This document shows positions 11,994-22,273 of a stretch of DNA of 64,000 nt, piece after piece. How positions within the stretch are numbered: the first letter of the stretch is position 1; each line of letters starts with the position of its first letter. The notes under the pieces were generated by a model that ran no database searches, was not told where the DNA came from, and saw only the letters and a list, made by a program, of their open reading frames with translations. Source of the stretch: Eutreptiella sp. 'Long Island Sound 2002' (taxonomy: Eukaryota > Protista > Euglenida); contig OZ038378.1 in NCBI GenBank assembly GCA_964036045.1, positions 150,846,001 to 150,910,000 on the forward strand. The letters run 5' to 3'. The translations under genes and the position numbers were made by a program.

Positions 11994-12214
11994 TAGTGCC
12001 CACTACACCCTGCTCTAACCCTTGCTCTAACTCGTTATCGCGACAGTTATCGCGCTCTACCTACGTGCTGTAACTAGTTATCGCGCTAGGTTATCGCGTT
12101 CTAACTAGTTATCGCGGGGGTTATCGCGGGGGTTATCGCGTTCTAAACAGGTTATGGCACGAGTTATCGCGGTAGTTATCGCGTGTTTTTTTTTGTTTCT
12201 TTTGTTCTTCCCAG
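11994..12214 (+). promoter_or_regulatory. Internal motif array (TAGTG-CC-CACTA, then GTTATCGCG repeats, polypyrimidine-AG) upstream of cargo gene 2
   Basis: Paralog at 35497-35705 has the perfect palindrome TAGTGCGCACTA. AG at 12213-12214 is followed directly by a reading frame conserved between copies. Confidence 0.65.
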
Positions 12215-13971
12215 GCCACAATCCTGCAGCTGCGTCTCTTCGTCAAGGAGGCAGCCGAGGCAGCAGCAGCAGCAGCAGGAGGAGCAGCAGAAGCAGCAGG
12301 GGCACGGGCCGCCAAGCCGGTGGCTGCCCGTGTGGAGCTGGAGGGGGGGGCTGCCGGAGGGGGCCGCCTGGCGATGGGGGGAACCGGCGGACGAGGCTTG
12401 CCGGATGGGGGGGACCGGATGGTACCGGCAGGTCACCATCACGGAGAAGGAGGGGGGGGTGGAGAGGAAGACCAACCTCACCCTCCCCGGCTATGTGTGG
12501 GTTGGGGGGGGGAAACGGCCAAATGGCCGAATGCCGCTAAGGGGGAAACGGTTGGAGTGTTTTTGTGTTTGTTTGGGATGAGTGAGCCCCCCCAAAGGAA
12601 AAACATTTTTTTTGAGGGTGTGCTTCATTGATGAATCATCGGGGGAGTACAGTGGGAGGGAAGTGTGGTAGAAGCTGCACAGGGGGGGGGGGGGGCATCC
12701 ACCAGGTTAGGGGGTACAAGGCCCCCCAATTTGTGTGTCTGCCTCATGGGTCCAGGCGTATGCGCCCAAGGGGGGAAGGCCCACCAAGCATGCGAAGCGG
12801 GGGGCTGAGGTGGTGGTCGTTGAGCCGGATGCCCCCCCCACCCCGATGATAGGGCATCCACCCCCTCCCCCAAGTCGTCGAAGGTAGCCAAGGTGGCGGC
12901 CCAACCCCCCCCCCCCACAAGGCCCTTGATGTGGAGGCCTTGGGGGCCGGTGTGGCCACCCACGTGACGGACGCTTGCCAAACTTTGGTCGTGCAAACGG
13001 CCGCCACGGGGGTCGAGGCCGCACTGGCCAAGGGTCGGGCGGCCGACCACAAGTCGGCCTTGGCGAAGGCCGAAAACGTCCAGGGCAACATTCAGCGTGC
13101 CCTAGACCAGGCCCTCAACTTGGCCACCAATAGGGGGGAGCAGCTGGTGACGGTGAGGGGGGCCCGGAAGACGGCCGAGGAGGGGAGGCAGAAGGCTGAG
13201 GTGGAGGGGGCTCAGCTGAGGGTGGAGGTGGAGGCGCTGCGGAGGAGGGGGGATGACCCCCAGCACCGCCTGGGGGTGGCTGAGGCGCAGGTTTGCAGCC
13301 TCACCTCCACCCTCAGCGCCACCTACTCCGCCCACCAGGGGATGTGTCCACCACGGGTGCAGACTCAGGGTAGCGGGAGGAGGAGTGGGAGTCCACGACT
13401 AGTCGGTTTGCCCAAGGGGTTGCCTAAGGGCATTTTTCGCTGGGAGGAGCGATATGGGGCCCAAGTGGACATGTGCCACTTCGGCTTTTTGGGGAGCGCA
13501 AACCCCAACCCCTCTACTGCTACCCTGAGGCCTCCCCTCACCCCCTTGGTTGTGAGTTTGAATGAGTATTGCACTTGGAATGCTCCACCGTGGTTCACAT
13601 GGTGTAGCATCCAAGTTGTTCGCCCGCACGGGACGGACAGCATGGGCCCTCACGCCCATTTGCGTGATGGGGCGCCCATGGCGCTGATTGTGTGTGTGGG
13701 GTCTTTGACGGGGGGAGATTTCTGGGTGGAGGGTGGTGGCCTGCTGCATCCCTCCATGAGGGACAAAAAGCGGCACACCCGTGTGTGCAAGGGTAGGGCG
13801 GTGGAGGGTTGGGCATGCAAGGCCACACCCCAAGCCCCGGTATTGTTCAACACCCGGGCACTACACGCTCCATTGCCATGGGAGGGCGAGCGATGGAGCG
13901 TGATTTTTTCCAGGGGGGTTGCTGCACTCCACGCCTACGTGGCGGCAGCAGCTTGTCTACCTGGGTTTTAG
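12215..13971 (+). CDS. TxA cargo gene 2, copy 1: Ala-rich/coiled-coil N-terminal part + TET/JBP-like 2OG-Fe(II) dioxygenase (open 12931-13971; upstream part frameshifted in G/C runs)
   Basis: MGPHAHLRDGAPMALIVCVGSLTGGDFWVE...PVLFNTRALHAPLPWEGERWSVIF: H 13651, H 13657, distal H 13864, RxS 13891. Confidence 0.75.
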
Positions 13972-14000
13972 GGTGCCCAATGCTTGCTCTAACCCCTCTA

Positions 14001-14190
14001 GTTAGTGCGCACTAACCTCTGCTCGAACTAGTTATCGCGGTAGTTATCGCGCTCTAACTGGGTGCTCTAACTAGTTATCCTGCTCGGTTATCGGGCTCTA
14101 ACAGAGTTATCGCGTGGGTTATCGTGTGGGTTATCCCGCGATAACCTAGTTATCGCGGGGGTTATCGCGTAGGTTATCGCGCATGTTTTT
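14001..14190 (+). promoter_or_regulatory. 16-bp palindrome GTTAGTGCGCACTAAC + GTTATCGCG array upstream of the transposase position
   Basis: Palindrome at 14001-14016; identical one at 41106-41121 precedes the transposase in copy 3. Confidence 0.7.
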
Positions 14191-14214
14191 TGAGGCCCCT
14201 GCGCCGAAACCGCA

Positions 14215-15797
14215 GAGTAAGATGCGGATAGAATAGGCCTATGTATGGGCGGGGGGCCTGATCCTTTGCACACTTTCGATTGTACCCCCCCCCCCTTGGC
14301 AATCTCCCCCCCCTGCAATCCCCCCCCCTCATGGCGGAGACCGTCACTTCCATATTTTTGTAGTTAACATGTACTGTGCTGGTTTGTGTTGCCCATCTGC
14401 TTTACGCATGGCCTTGCAATGCTTTCCCATTTCTTCAAATCGAGCACATGTGTGTTTTCTGTGATATTCTCTCTCCAAAGGCGTTGTATGGGTGTGTGAT
14501 GGTCCAAAACATTTCTGTTGGATGAAGCATATTGGCATCAATGCAAAAGTCACTTCACACATCTTCTCTTTGATTTCATCAGTGGAGGGTACTACAGCTT
14601 GCCTTGAAATACCCTTGCAATCCCCCCCCCCTTGGGAGACCGTCACTTGCCGACCGTTTGCAAAGGAAGTTTGCAAGGGGGGGTACACCATGCCAAACCT
14701 GGGGTCACCTCTTGTGTGTGGCCAAGGTGAGTGGAGGGCAGGTCCATCAATGTTCAAAACTGGCTCCACTCCACCCGCATCCCCAGTTCTGTTGCCCTAA
14801 GATGTGGATAGAACAGGCCTGTGTATCGGCCAATACTTGGTTTCGCTCCACAGCATTGGGCTTGATCTGTTGCATACTATGGATTGTACATGATTCCTAA
14901 CCTGGGGTCATCTCTGGTGTGTGGCCAAGGTGAGTGGATGAAGCATATTGGCATCAATGCAATAGTCACTTCACACATCTTCTCTTTGATTTCATCAGTG
15001 GAGGGTACTACAGCTTGTCTTGAAATACCCTTGCAATCCCCCCCCCTTGGGAGACCGTCACTTGCCGACCGTTAGCAAAGGAAGTTTGCAAGGGGGGTAC
15101 ACCATGCCAAACCTGGGGCCACCTCTGGTGTGTGGCCAAGGTGTGTGGAGGGCAGGTCCATCAATGTTCAACACTGGCTCCACTCCACCCGCATCCCCAG
15201 TTCTGTTGCCCTAAAATGTGGATAGAACAGGCGTGTGTATGGGCCAATACTTGGTTTCACTCCACAGCATTGGGCCTGATCTGTTGCATACTATGGATTG
15301 TACATGATTCCTAACCTGGGGTCATCTCTGGTGTGTGGCCAGCGTGAGTGGAGGGCAAAATGGGGTCCATCCATGTTCCAAACTGGCTCCACCCGCATCC
15401 CGAGTTCTGTTGCCCTCAGATGCTGATAGAATAGGCCTGTGTATGGGCCAGCACTCCGTTTCACTCCACTGCGTTGGGCCTGTCCTGTTGCACACCTTCG
15501 ATTAGACACCATGTCTAAGGTGGGGTCATCTGTGTGGCCAAGGTGAGTGGAGGGCAGACTGGGGTTGATCAATGTTCAAAACTGGCACCACCCGCATCCC
15601 CAGTTCTGTTGCCTTGAGATGTGGATATAATAGGCTTGTGGATGGGCTAGCACTTGGTTTCACTCCACAGCTTTGGGCCTGATCTGTTGCACACTATCGA
15701 TTGCGCACCATGCCTAAGGTCGGGTCATCTCTGCTGTGTGGCCACGTTGAGTGGAGGACATAATCGGGTCCATCAATGTTCAAAACTAACTCCACCC
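14215..15797. repeat. Complex tandem array (~200-bp unit plus a duplicated ~140-bp block) in place of most of the transposase in TxA copy 1
   Basis: CCTGGGGTCA-like anchors recur at ~14699, 14901, 15113, 15316, 15520, 15718. Block 14521-14660 repeats at 14938-15075. Confidence 0.85.
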
Positions 15798-15905
15798 GCA
15801 AGCGCTTTTTGGACTGGAGGCAGCCAAGGCCTCAAACCTTGAGGAGTTGGTGTGGAGAAAGACTAGAAACGCTTTGTGCCAAGTGTTTTGCCGTGTTTGT
15901 CCTAG
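15798..15905 (+). pseudogene. C-terminal remnant of the TxA transposase
   Basis: LFGLEAAKASNLEELVWRKTRNALCQVF matches the 3' ends at ~42900-43000 and ~7240-7330 (-). Confidence 0.8.
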
Positions 15906-16015
15906 TGAGGGATGGCGGAGGGGTGCGCGATAACTACCCGCGATAACCGCACGATAACTCAGTTATCGCGCGATAACTAGTGCTCTAGCTAGTTAGAGCA
16001 AGGTGCTCTAACCGT

Positions 16016-16252
16016 CAGTGATGGATCTAATTTGTGCGCCACTCAGGGGGTGGGGGTGGGGGGGGGGGGGGTAGTGAATTGTGACATGTCACAAAAAATA
16101 CAATAGGCCATAGTGGGAAAACAGCTTTTCTGAAAATATTGTGACACCCAAAAGGCTGTGACCGGGTTTTTTTGTGACGCGTATTGTGACGCCTCGTCAC
16201 AAAACGGGGGGGGGGGGGGGGACACCCACCCCCCCAATTAGATCCATCACTG
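16016..16252. mobile_element. 237-bp hAT-type MITE, perfect 17-bp TIR CAGTGATGGATCTAATT, 8-bp TSD CTAACCGT
   Basis: TSD at 16008-16015 and 16253-16260; internal TGTGAC/GTCAC repeats. Confidence 0.92.
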
Positions 16253-16595
16253 CTAACCGTGCTCTAACTCTGTTCTAACTCTGCTCTAACTCTTTGACCC
16301 CCCCCAGAAAAAACTAACCAGTACGATGAGGGTTGTGTGGGGAAAGAAAGGGGATGGGGGGTTTTTGAGGGTGCCGAATCCATTTTGTTTAGGTGGTTTG
16401 CCCCAAAATTGAGGCGAGGTGGGTGTTCCGGAAATTGTGCTCTAACTAGGGATTCCGCACCACGCCCTAGAACGCTGCATCCCAAGAAATATCCTCGGCC
16501 TCTGCTGAACCCCTTCGTCGCCTGACGAAGGGGTCCTTCTCTCTCTCTCTACTAGTGATGCCTCCACTCTGCCACCCCAACATGCGTGTATACAA

Positions 16596-17768
16596 TTGAG
16601 TTTGCGTGATGTTCCTGTGCGTATGGGAGTGCCTGATGTTGAAGTCCTCGTGAAACACAAATACCGGGAGGACTTAGCTCACGCGCCGGTGAAGGTTGGA
16701 GAGATTTTGCGTCACGGCGGCCACCCTTTTCGTCTCGCAAATAGAAAAATGTCTCGCTGCCTCTCGTTGATTTGGAAGTTTGCTGAATCCTTACCGTCGT
16801 CTGTGGAAGGGGTTTCCATGGGAAATTTGAAGTCTTTTGTGCATAAGCTACGCGGTGAGGGTGCAGCGCCGGGGCTTTGGGGCGAATTGGATGTTGTAGG
16901 AATGAATCCCAATATTCCGCGCCCTCTGGTTGTGACGGCGCTGGAGCATTATTGGCGCCTGCTCTGTGGCGCGCGTGGCTGTGGCGCTGATAGACTGATC
17001 TTCCATGTCCATAAAGGTGGTCTTCGTTCGCTGGACTGCATTGGGGCGCCCTCCCGTGACTCATCTTTCCATCATCTTTCGTTTCATGATGTGTTGTCCT
17101 TCGTTGTGTGGGACCTGACATGCAATAACTGTTTCGTGCATTACAGTAGTGTGTTCTGTCAGTGTAAAGGGGTGCCCATTGGCGGATCAGTGTCCGCCCA
17201 GTATGCTGTGCTGATGTACCTGGAGCGCGACGTGTCTTGGAGTACCTTTCCACCCCGCATGCGGTACCGCGACAACTACTTGTTTTACCTACGTGTGTCC
17301 GATCCAGCGCTGCTTCTGGACCCGGGTGAGTATTTGGCTGGTGTCTCTGAGCGCTTGCAGGATGCTGTAGGGCTACCAATACAGGTTGACGGCTGGGGAG
17401 AGTCCCTGGACTTTCTTGAGTCCACTTTGTGTTTTACGGATTGTCTGCCGGATATAGGCTTGAAAGTGCCACTGGCGTTTGCTCCACGGGGCTCGCCGAC
17501 ACCACCACAGTTCGTGAAAATGGTTGACGGGCACAGCCCCAATGCTCCGCGAGTGCTGCAGTCCTTTATTCCCAACATTTTGCGTAAAGCTAGCTGGTAC
17601 CGTTTCGACGACCTACGGTTTGTTATTAATATAGGACACATGATTCGTTTGCTGTGCACTAAAGGTTACCCATCAGCGCGGTGGAGGCCCACCATGTTTG
17701 CCAAGGCGGCAGCTCTAGACATGAGCTACCTGATGCATGTGGCATGGGCCCTGGGTGCGGGTGAGTAG
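16596..17768 (+). CDS. Penelope-type reverse transcriptase (C-terminal part, PLE-1 copy A)
   Basis: ELDVVGMNPNIPR (motif A), QCKGVPIGGSVSA (motif B), RYRDN (motif C), LDFLES (motif E). Confidence 0.85.
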   Translation: MSLRDVPVRMGVPDVEVLVKHKYREDLAHAPVKVGEILRHGGHPFRLANRKMSRCLSLIWKFAESLPSSVEGVSMGNLKSFVHKLRGEGAAPGLWGELDVVGMNPNIPRPLVVTALEHYWRLLCGARGCGADRLIFHVHKGGLRSLDCIGAPSRDSSFHHLSFHDVLSFVVWDLTCNNCFVHYSSVFCQCKGVPIGGSVSAQYAVLMYLERDVSWSTFPPRMRYRDNYLFYLRVSDPALLLDPGEYLAGVSERLQDAVGLPIQVDGWGESLDFLESTLCFTDCLPDIGLKVPLAFAPRGSPTPPQFVKMVDGHSPNAPRVLQSFIPNILRKASWYRFDDLRFVINIGHMIRLLCTKGYPSARWRPTMFAKAAALDMSYLMHVAWALGAGE

Positions 17769-18107
17769 CAGCCATCTAATCTGTGTGTACCCATGACGTG
17801 AGTTTTCCACCTCGGGATTAGGCGCCGTGATTTGTTGCACGTTCATGTGGGGCTGGTTTCTACCGAACTCTGTGCTGAGTGCAGGACACCTCATGGCTAC
17901 TATCTCTCCTCGCTTGCAGAAATTGATCAATCGCCTGTTTCTTCCGCTTTTTTGCTTTGCTGGGCTGTGGGTCTGCTGTGCTAGCGTGGCCTGTACCCTG
18001 TCAACGGTGAAACACGAGTGGTGGAAATGTGGGCGGCCAGTCGACGCGAGTGAGTGATCGGACATACCAACAAGGAAAAAATATATTGTATCAGTTGAAC
18101 TCATTTC

Positions 18108-19617
18108 GTGCGGATCCGAGCGTTTTCGTACAAATCCAATATCATGTCCGACAATATCAGTTCCGCAAGTGTTGCCAGCATGTTCGCCAAGTTGATGTCC
18201 AACGATGGTGGACGAAAAGAATTCCCACCCTGTCCGGGCTGTGGGAAACATGGATATCCGTGGTCGAAATGCCGTGAGATGGATACCGCACAGGCTGCCT
18301 GTCATTTGCTATTGCAAAAGGAAGGCGAGCATACCGCTGAGGCTAACAAGAATGCAGTGAACGACATGTTGCTGCAGATTGGAGCGGATCCATGAGTGCT
18401 TCGGCATAACCAACCACGACCTGGTGACCGTAACGACACTGTGACAGGGCTGAAGCAAGCTCTGTTTGGTGGCAAAACGGATGGCGCTGGTGCTTCTAGT
18501 GCTGCCCCGACGGCTACTCCGCCAAGACCGCAACCAGGCAATATCGGTGACTGGCTCAAGTCCATTGGTGCTGTTGGTACCTCACCGACTGCCACTGCGT
18601 CCTGCCGATCTTCAGTTTCCTCTGCTGACAACCTCTCCGCCATGGACCAACTGAGGGCCGCGCTGGGCAAATCGACCGTTGCGACCCCTCCGGAACCATC
18701 CCCGTCGGCTGATCTCTTAGCGAGTATCCGCACGCGCTTGGGTACGTCCACGGGAGTCTGGCAGCTCGACGTCGTCTGGTCCTGGAGAGCGCCTCGATAA
18801 ATTGCGGTCGCCACTCGGGCTGCCCCCGCTCTCTAAGCCTGCAGAGCCTATCATCCCGCCGTCCCCCTTGGCTGCCGCACAACGCGAGGAACTGATCAAG
18901 AAGATGACCGCTGCGGGCATCATTGGGATGGATGAAGCTCACCGTGTCAAAGACCCGGACCCCACTGTCGTGGACGAATTGCGCTTGGCCTTTGGTATTG
19001 ATGACGCGCCGCCTACAGCAGAACCTGCCACCCATGCCACGCCAAACCCAGCGAAGCGGAAGAGTGATGATCGCTCCCCGGCAGATTCCTCGCCCTTCTC
19101 CCCCTTGCCGAAGCGGATGCCTGCAACTTCTGATTCCCCTATCCGCCTGGGTGCTGAGCTTAATGATGAACTGGCAGCTGAAAACGCCGCTCTTCGTGAC
19201 CAGTGTGCTACTATTGAGGCGCAGCTCAAGGCGTTGCAGGAACAGCTATCGGCCCTTGAACTTGCCCCTCCTAAACCTCGAGGACGTGGGAAGCCGAAAA
19301 AGCACGAGATCGGGGTCTTGGATGGTGCTGCCCGCAATGCTCTCTCTCGCAGTGCCCGCCACCCGAAACCTGGTGATTGCGTCTTCTACATCTACCCTGT
19401 TGACGACCAGTCCGCCTATGCCATGGATGTTGGCCACGTCGACCGCTACGAGGACCCCTGGGTTTATATCGCGCCGCCGTCGCCCGATGACTTCGACCTT
19501 ACCGTTGACCGGGACCCGGACATTAAGGTTGTTGATGTCCACTGGGCATTCACTATGGATACGCTAGCAAAGAAATCCCTGGTGGCCCTGAATGACTTGT
19601 TGTTGTTAAACGCGTAG
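18108..19617 (+). pseudogene. gag-like ORF1 of PLE-1 with knuckle-like CPGCGKHGYPWSKC, low-complexity linker and coiled coil
   Basis: Three consecutive ORF segments joined by one stop and one frameshift. A related CPGYDSHGY motif occurs at ~24715-24750. Confidence 0.55.
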
Positions 19618-20761
19618 ACGATGGGCGGCCAAGACTGGTGTGGGAGTTCTTGTGTCACGTCCACAACGACTTGAGTGCCTGCAAAGAGCACTGTCGGGCC
19701 TGAGCGAAACGTGTTCTTCAACTACTTTCCACTGCGCAGCCCCTCCTGTCGTCCCTACCGTCGTGCGGCCGCTCTCGACAGGCGGCCCGGCGGGTTCACC
19801 TGCTCTCTGCCATTACCAAGGCTCTGGTCACGTTCCCGGGTCTCCTTTCCCATTGTGGTGCCTGCCATGAGCTCTATGGCTGTCACCCTTCCCCAGTTCA
19901 GTGCAACATGCGGTACCAGTCTATTTCCTCACGAGCCTCTTCCCTTAGTGATCATCTGCGCACCACCATCCTCTCCACCAACCACAACTTGCCCTCTACG
20001 GCGTGGAACCCGAGAATGTTCTGCTTTGATGTACAGGGACCGGGGATCCCCACTGACTCATGGGACGTGTCACTGGTCTCACATTTTCGAATCTCCACCC
20101 AGGCCTCCCCGCTACTGGCCTCGGTCTTTGCGAAGTTTGCGGATGCCTTGAGCTTGGTTACGTGGTGGGACATTACCGAGGAGTTGGTGTACCAGTTTTT
20201 CGATGTAGTGCTGGGTGAGGCGACGGAATGCCTGCGCGTGATGTCGCATGACCTACCGCTGTTCCCCACTGTAACTTGGTCCTGTGTGCTTCATGGACTC
20301 CATGCGGAGACTACCGCTTCCCCACCCTCATTGTCCCTCTCCCCTTTCAAAATACCCATGGGCCGTCCCACCTGCCTGTACGGCTGTTGGTGCCCTTCCG
20401 TGGTTTTGGAGCCTAGTGCTCTTCATACTAACTGGGATGTGCTATCACGCTCCCTCAGGTCCTGGTTGGGAACACCTGCATTGCGATTTTATCTCTACTC
20501 CCCTGAACCACCTACTGTCCTTCTAGATTTTTTGAACAGCCAGCCGTTTCTCTATGGCATCTCTGCTGAGCGAGTTACATCAAGCCTCCGTGCATCGTGT
20601 CTGTTCCAGGAGCGTCTGGGGGATGCTGTTGTGTGGCCCTGGTGCTTGGCGCGTACGCCTGGGCTGACGGGTATCACACCGCACCAAAGACTGCACCTCC
20701 AGCCTGTAGTGCGTGCTAGCGGGGATGTTGTGCTGACACCGCCGGTGATTCACCGGTTGGA

Positions 20762-22273
20762 TTGCGGTGTGCACGCTGCGAGTTGCCGTCTGACACCCCC
20801 CAAGCTTGGTGTCATATGATATTTACACAGTTTGTGCATTCGTTGGCGGCAGTACCCACACCAGGCCTTGATGTGACGTGCCCAACGTTTGATAGCCTCT
20901 GGGAGACTGAACGTGAGGTGCGGCGTTCGGCGCCGGCGCTCAGGTGGAATGCAAAACGCAAACATCTAGTGTATGTGAAAAACTGGGATGCTATTTTTGA
21001 CTCGTGGGACCGCGTGAATGCCGCGCTGGGATCGGCTTCGCACTCGCACCTACGGCGACTGCATGCTATGCGTATGACGCATGTGTCCGGACGGGAGGAG
21101 GGTTGCTGGGTGTATGTGTTATGGTGTGTGTCGGATGTGCGGGTATACGTGGGTCAACCGGAGGGTAGGGACAATTTTCGCTCCGTGGGGCCACAGAGGA
21201 GGGATCATATCCGTCTGGGGTGTGACTTCCTACGGGTTAGAGGGGGTGAAAAAATTTTCATGCCACGTAACCTATATAGCGGGATTGCCATGAAGGGTGT
21301 AGAAAACTTTGTGATTACGCCGGTGCCGTTTTCTTCGAGTTTTTCTGTTAACGTTAGTGAAGGTGCCTGGATGAAGCGCTGGGGTGTAAATAAACTGTTC
21401 AACATTGATATTCCTGCTTTCGGTTCGGATAAGTGGTCTTTCCTCACCTCTAGAAAAGCGTGGACAGCTGAACTGGCCCGAGCTGGAGGTCCCATGCTGA
21501 GTATGGCGCGGTCGTTGGTTAGGGATTCTAAACCACTGCTGTGTAATGCATACTCGCCTGCTCTTCTGCTGGGTATGGTGCAGTCCACACACCGCTATTT
21601 GCCCGCCGGTGATCATCGCAAACTGTATGATAAAGTTTCTACTCTGTTTGCCCGACAGCACCATGTGCACCTGCCGTATCGTGTGCCCCTGCGGGTTCCG
21701 CTTCTCACGCTTAAGCCGGACCTCAAGTCAGTGCTCTGTGCTGCTATGCAGGGTTTTACTGCCTGGCCGGTGCACTTGCATGGGTATGTACAGGCGCGAC
21801 TGTCGTTGGTGTGTGCAAAAACCAACACTGTAGGGCGTTTGCTGGTGCCACATGACCTCCGGCGTCTACCAACGGACTTTTTAGAAGTGCCCCCTGCCTC
21901 GCCCTGCCCCTGTACCCGTTGGCTGGGTATCCCAGGAGTAGGTACTATATACGGGCACGCTATGTTTAGAGACCCTGACGTCCGCCGTTCTGTGGCGCCA
22001 CACTGCTCTGTGGATGTTTACCAGCAGAACTTGAAGAATGCCACAGTACCGTCGTTTAAGAGCTTTAAGAAGGCCCTTGCGCGTAGCCTGCAATGCCTGC
22101 AATCCACGCTGCCTAATCGCAGGCGTCAGGCCTCCTGTCTGGCAAGTGCGTTGGAAGACGTGGTTGGACAATTTTACACCTCTGTTGCGCGCACGTTCCC
22201 TAAACGCCTCTATGAGCCTGCTCTGAAGGCGGCGGGTGCAAAGCTTCCTGCAGAGCTTGTGTTTGGCGTTTGA
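20762..22273 (+). CDS. GIY-YIG endonuclease region of PLE-1, upstream of RT
   Basis: WVYVLW..VYVGQ..R..H and downstream E..W..N (SEGAWMKRWGVNKLFN); 503-aa open frame. Confidence 0.8.
   Translation: MRCARCELPSDTPQAWCHMIFTQFVHSLAAVPTPGLDVTCPTFDSLWETEREVRRSAPALRWNAKRKHLVYVKNWDAIFDSWDRVNAALGSASHSHLRRLHAMRMTHVSGREEGCWVYVLWCVSDVRVYVGQPEGRDNFRSVGPQRRDHIRLGCDFLRVRGGEKIFMPRNLYSGIAMKGVENFVITPVPFSSSFSVNVSEGAWMKRWGVNKLFNIDIPAFGSDKWSFLTSRKAWTAELARAGGPMLSMARSLVRDSKPLLCNAYSPALLLGMVQSTHRYLPAGDHRKLYDKVSTLFARQHHVHLPYRVPLRVPLLTLKPDLKSVLCAAMQGFTAWPVHLHGYVQARLSLVCAKTNTVGRLLVPHDLRRLPTDFLEVPPASPCPCTRWLGIPGVGTIYGHAMFRDPDVRRSVAPHCSVDVYQQNLKNATVPSFKSFKKALARSLQCLQSTLPNRRRQASCLASALEDVVGQFYTSVARTFPKRLYEPALKAAGAKLPAELVFGV

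Larger units (their letters stand above)
4610..11996 (+). pseudogene. TxA cargo gene 1, copy 1: PhyH-like 2OG-Fe(II) dioxygenase + B-box-like Zn finger (coding parts 4610-5571 and 11298-11996, split by the nested copy)
   Basis: QHLHRD (HxD, 5287-5295), GTAFFFNALDVHRG (distal His 5491), HPRLMAF (Arg). After the nested insert: C-x5-C..CYGC..LCAAH..LCVPC. Has frameshifts and an N-terminal deletion relative to 10004-11044. Confidence 0.75.
4197..16484 (+). mobile_element. TxA DNA transposon copy 1 (TGGGATG...CATCCCA; 2-bp TSD AG)
   Basis: ~35-bp TIR TGGGATGC..YGTTCTAGGGCGTGGTGCGGAAYCCC at both ends; AG at 4195-4196 and 16485-16486. Removing it restores the PLE-1 sequence seen at ~23005-23030. 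Confidence 0.92.
2843..18090 (+). mobile_element. Penelope-like retroelement PLE-1, copy A (5'-truncated; split by TxA at 4197-16484 and a MITE at 3361-3565)
   Basis: 2843-4196 is colinear with ~21876-23014, and 16487-18090 with ~23015-24390. The RT lies in the distal part. Confidence 0.85.

Noticed and set aside
11994-12005. TAGTG-NN-CACTA sites as termini of CACTA/EnSpm elements
   Set aside because: They are internal, conserved in position between copies and have no TSDs. The real ends are the TGGGATG TIRs with TSDs.
16510-16550. CCCCTTCGTC-GCCT-GACGAAGGGG hairpin with CTGACGA as a hammerhead or terminator
   Set aside because: No stem II/GAAA follows the box, and it lies inside PLE coding sequence (same at ~23040).
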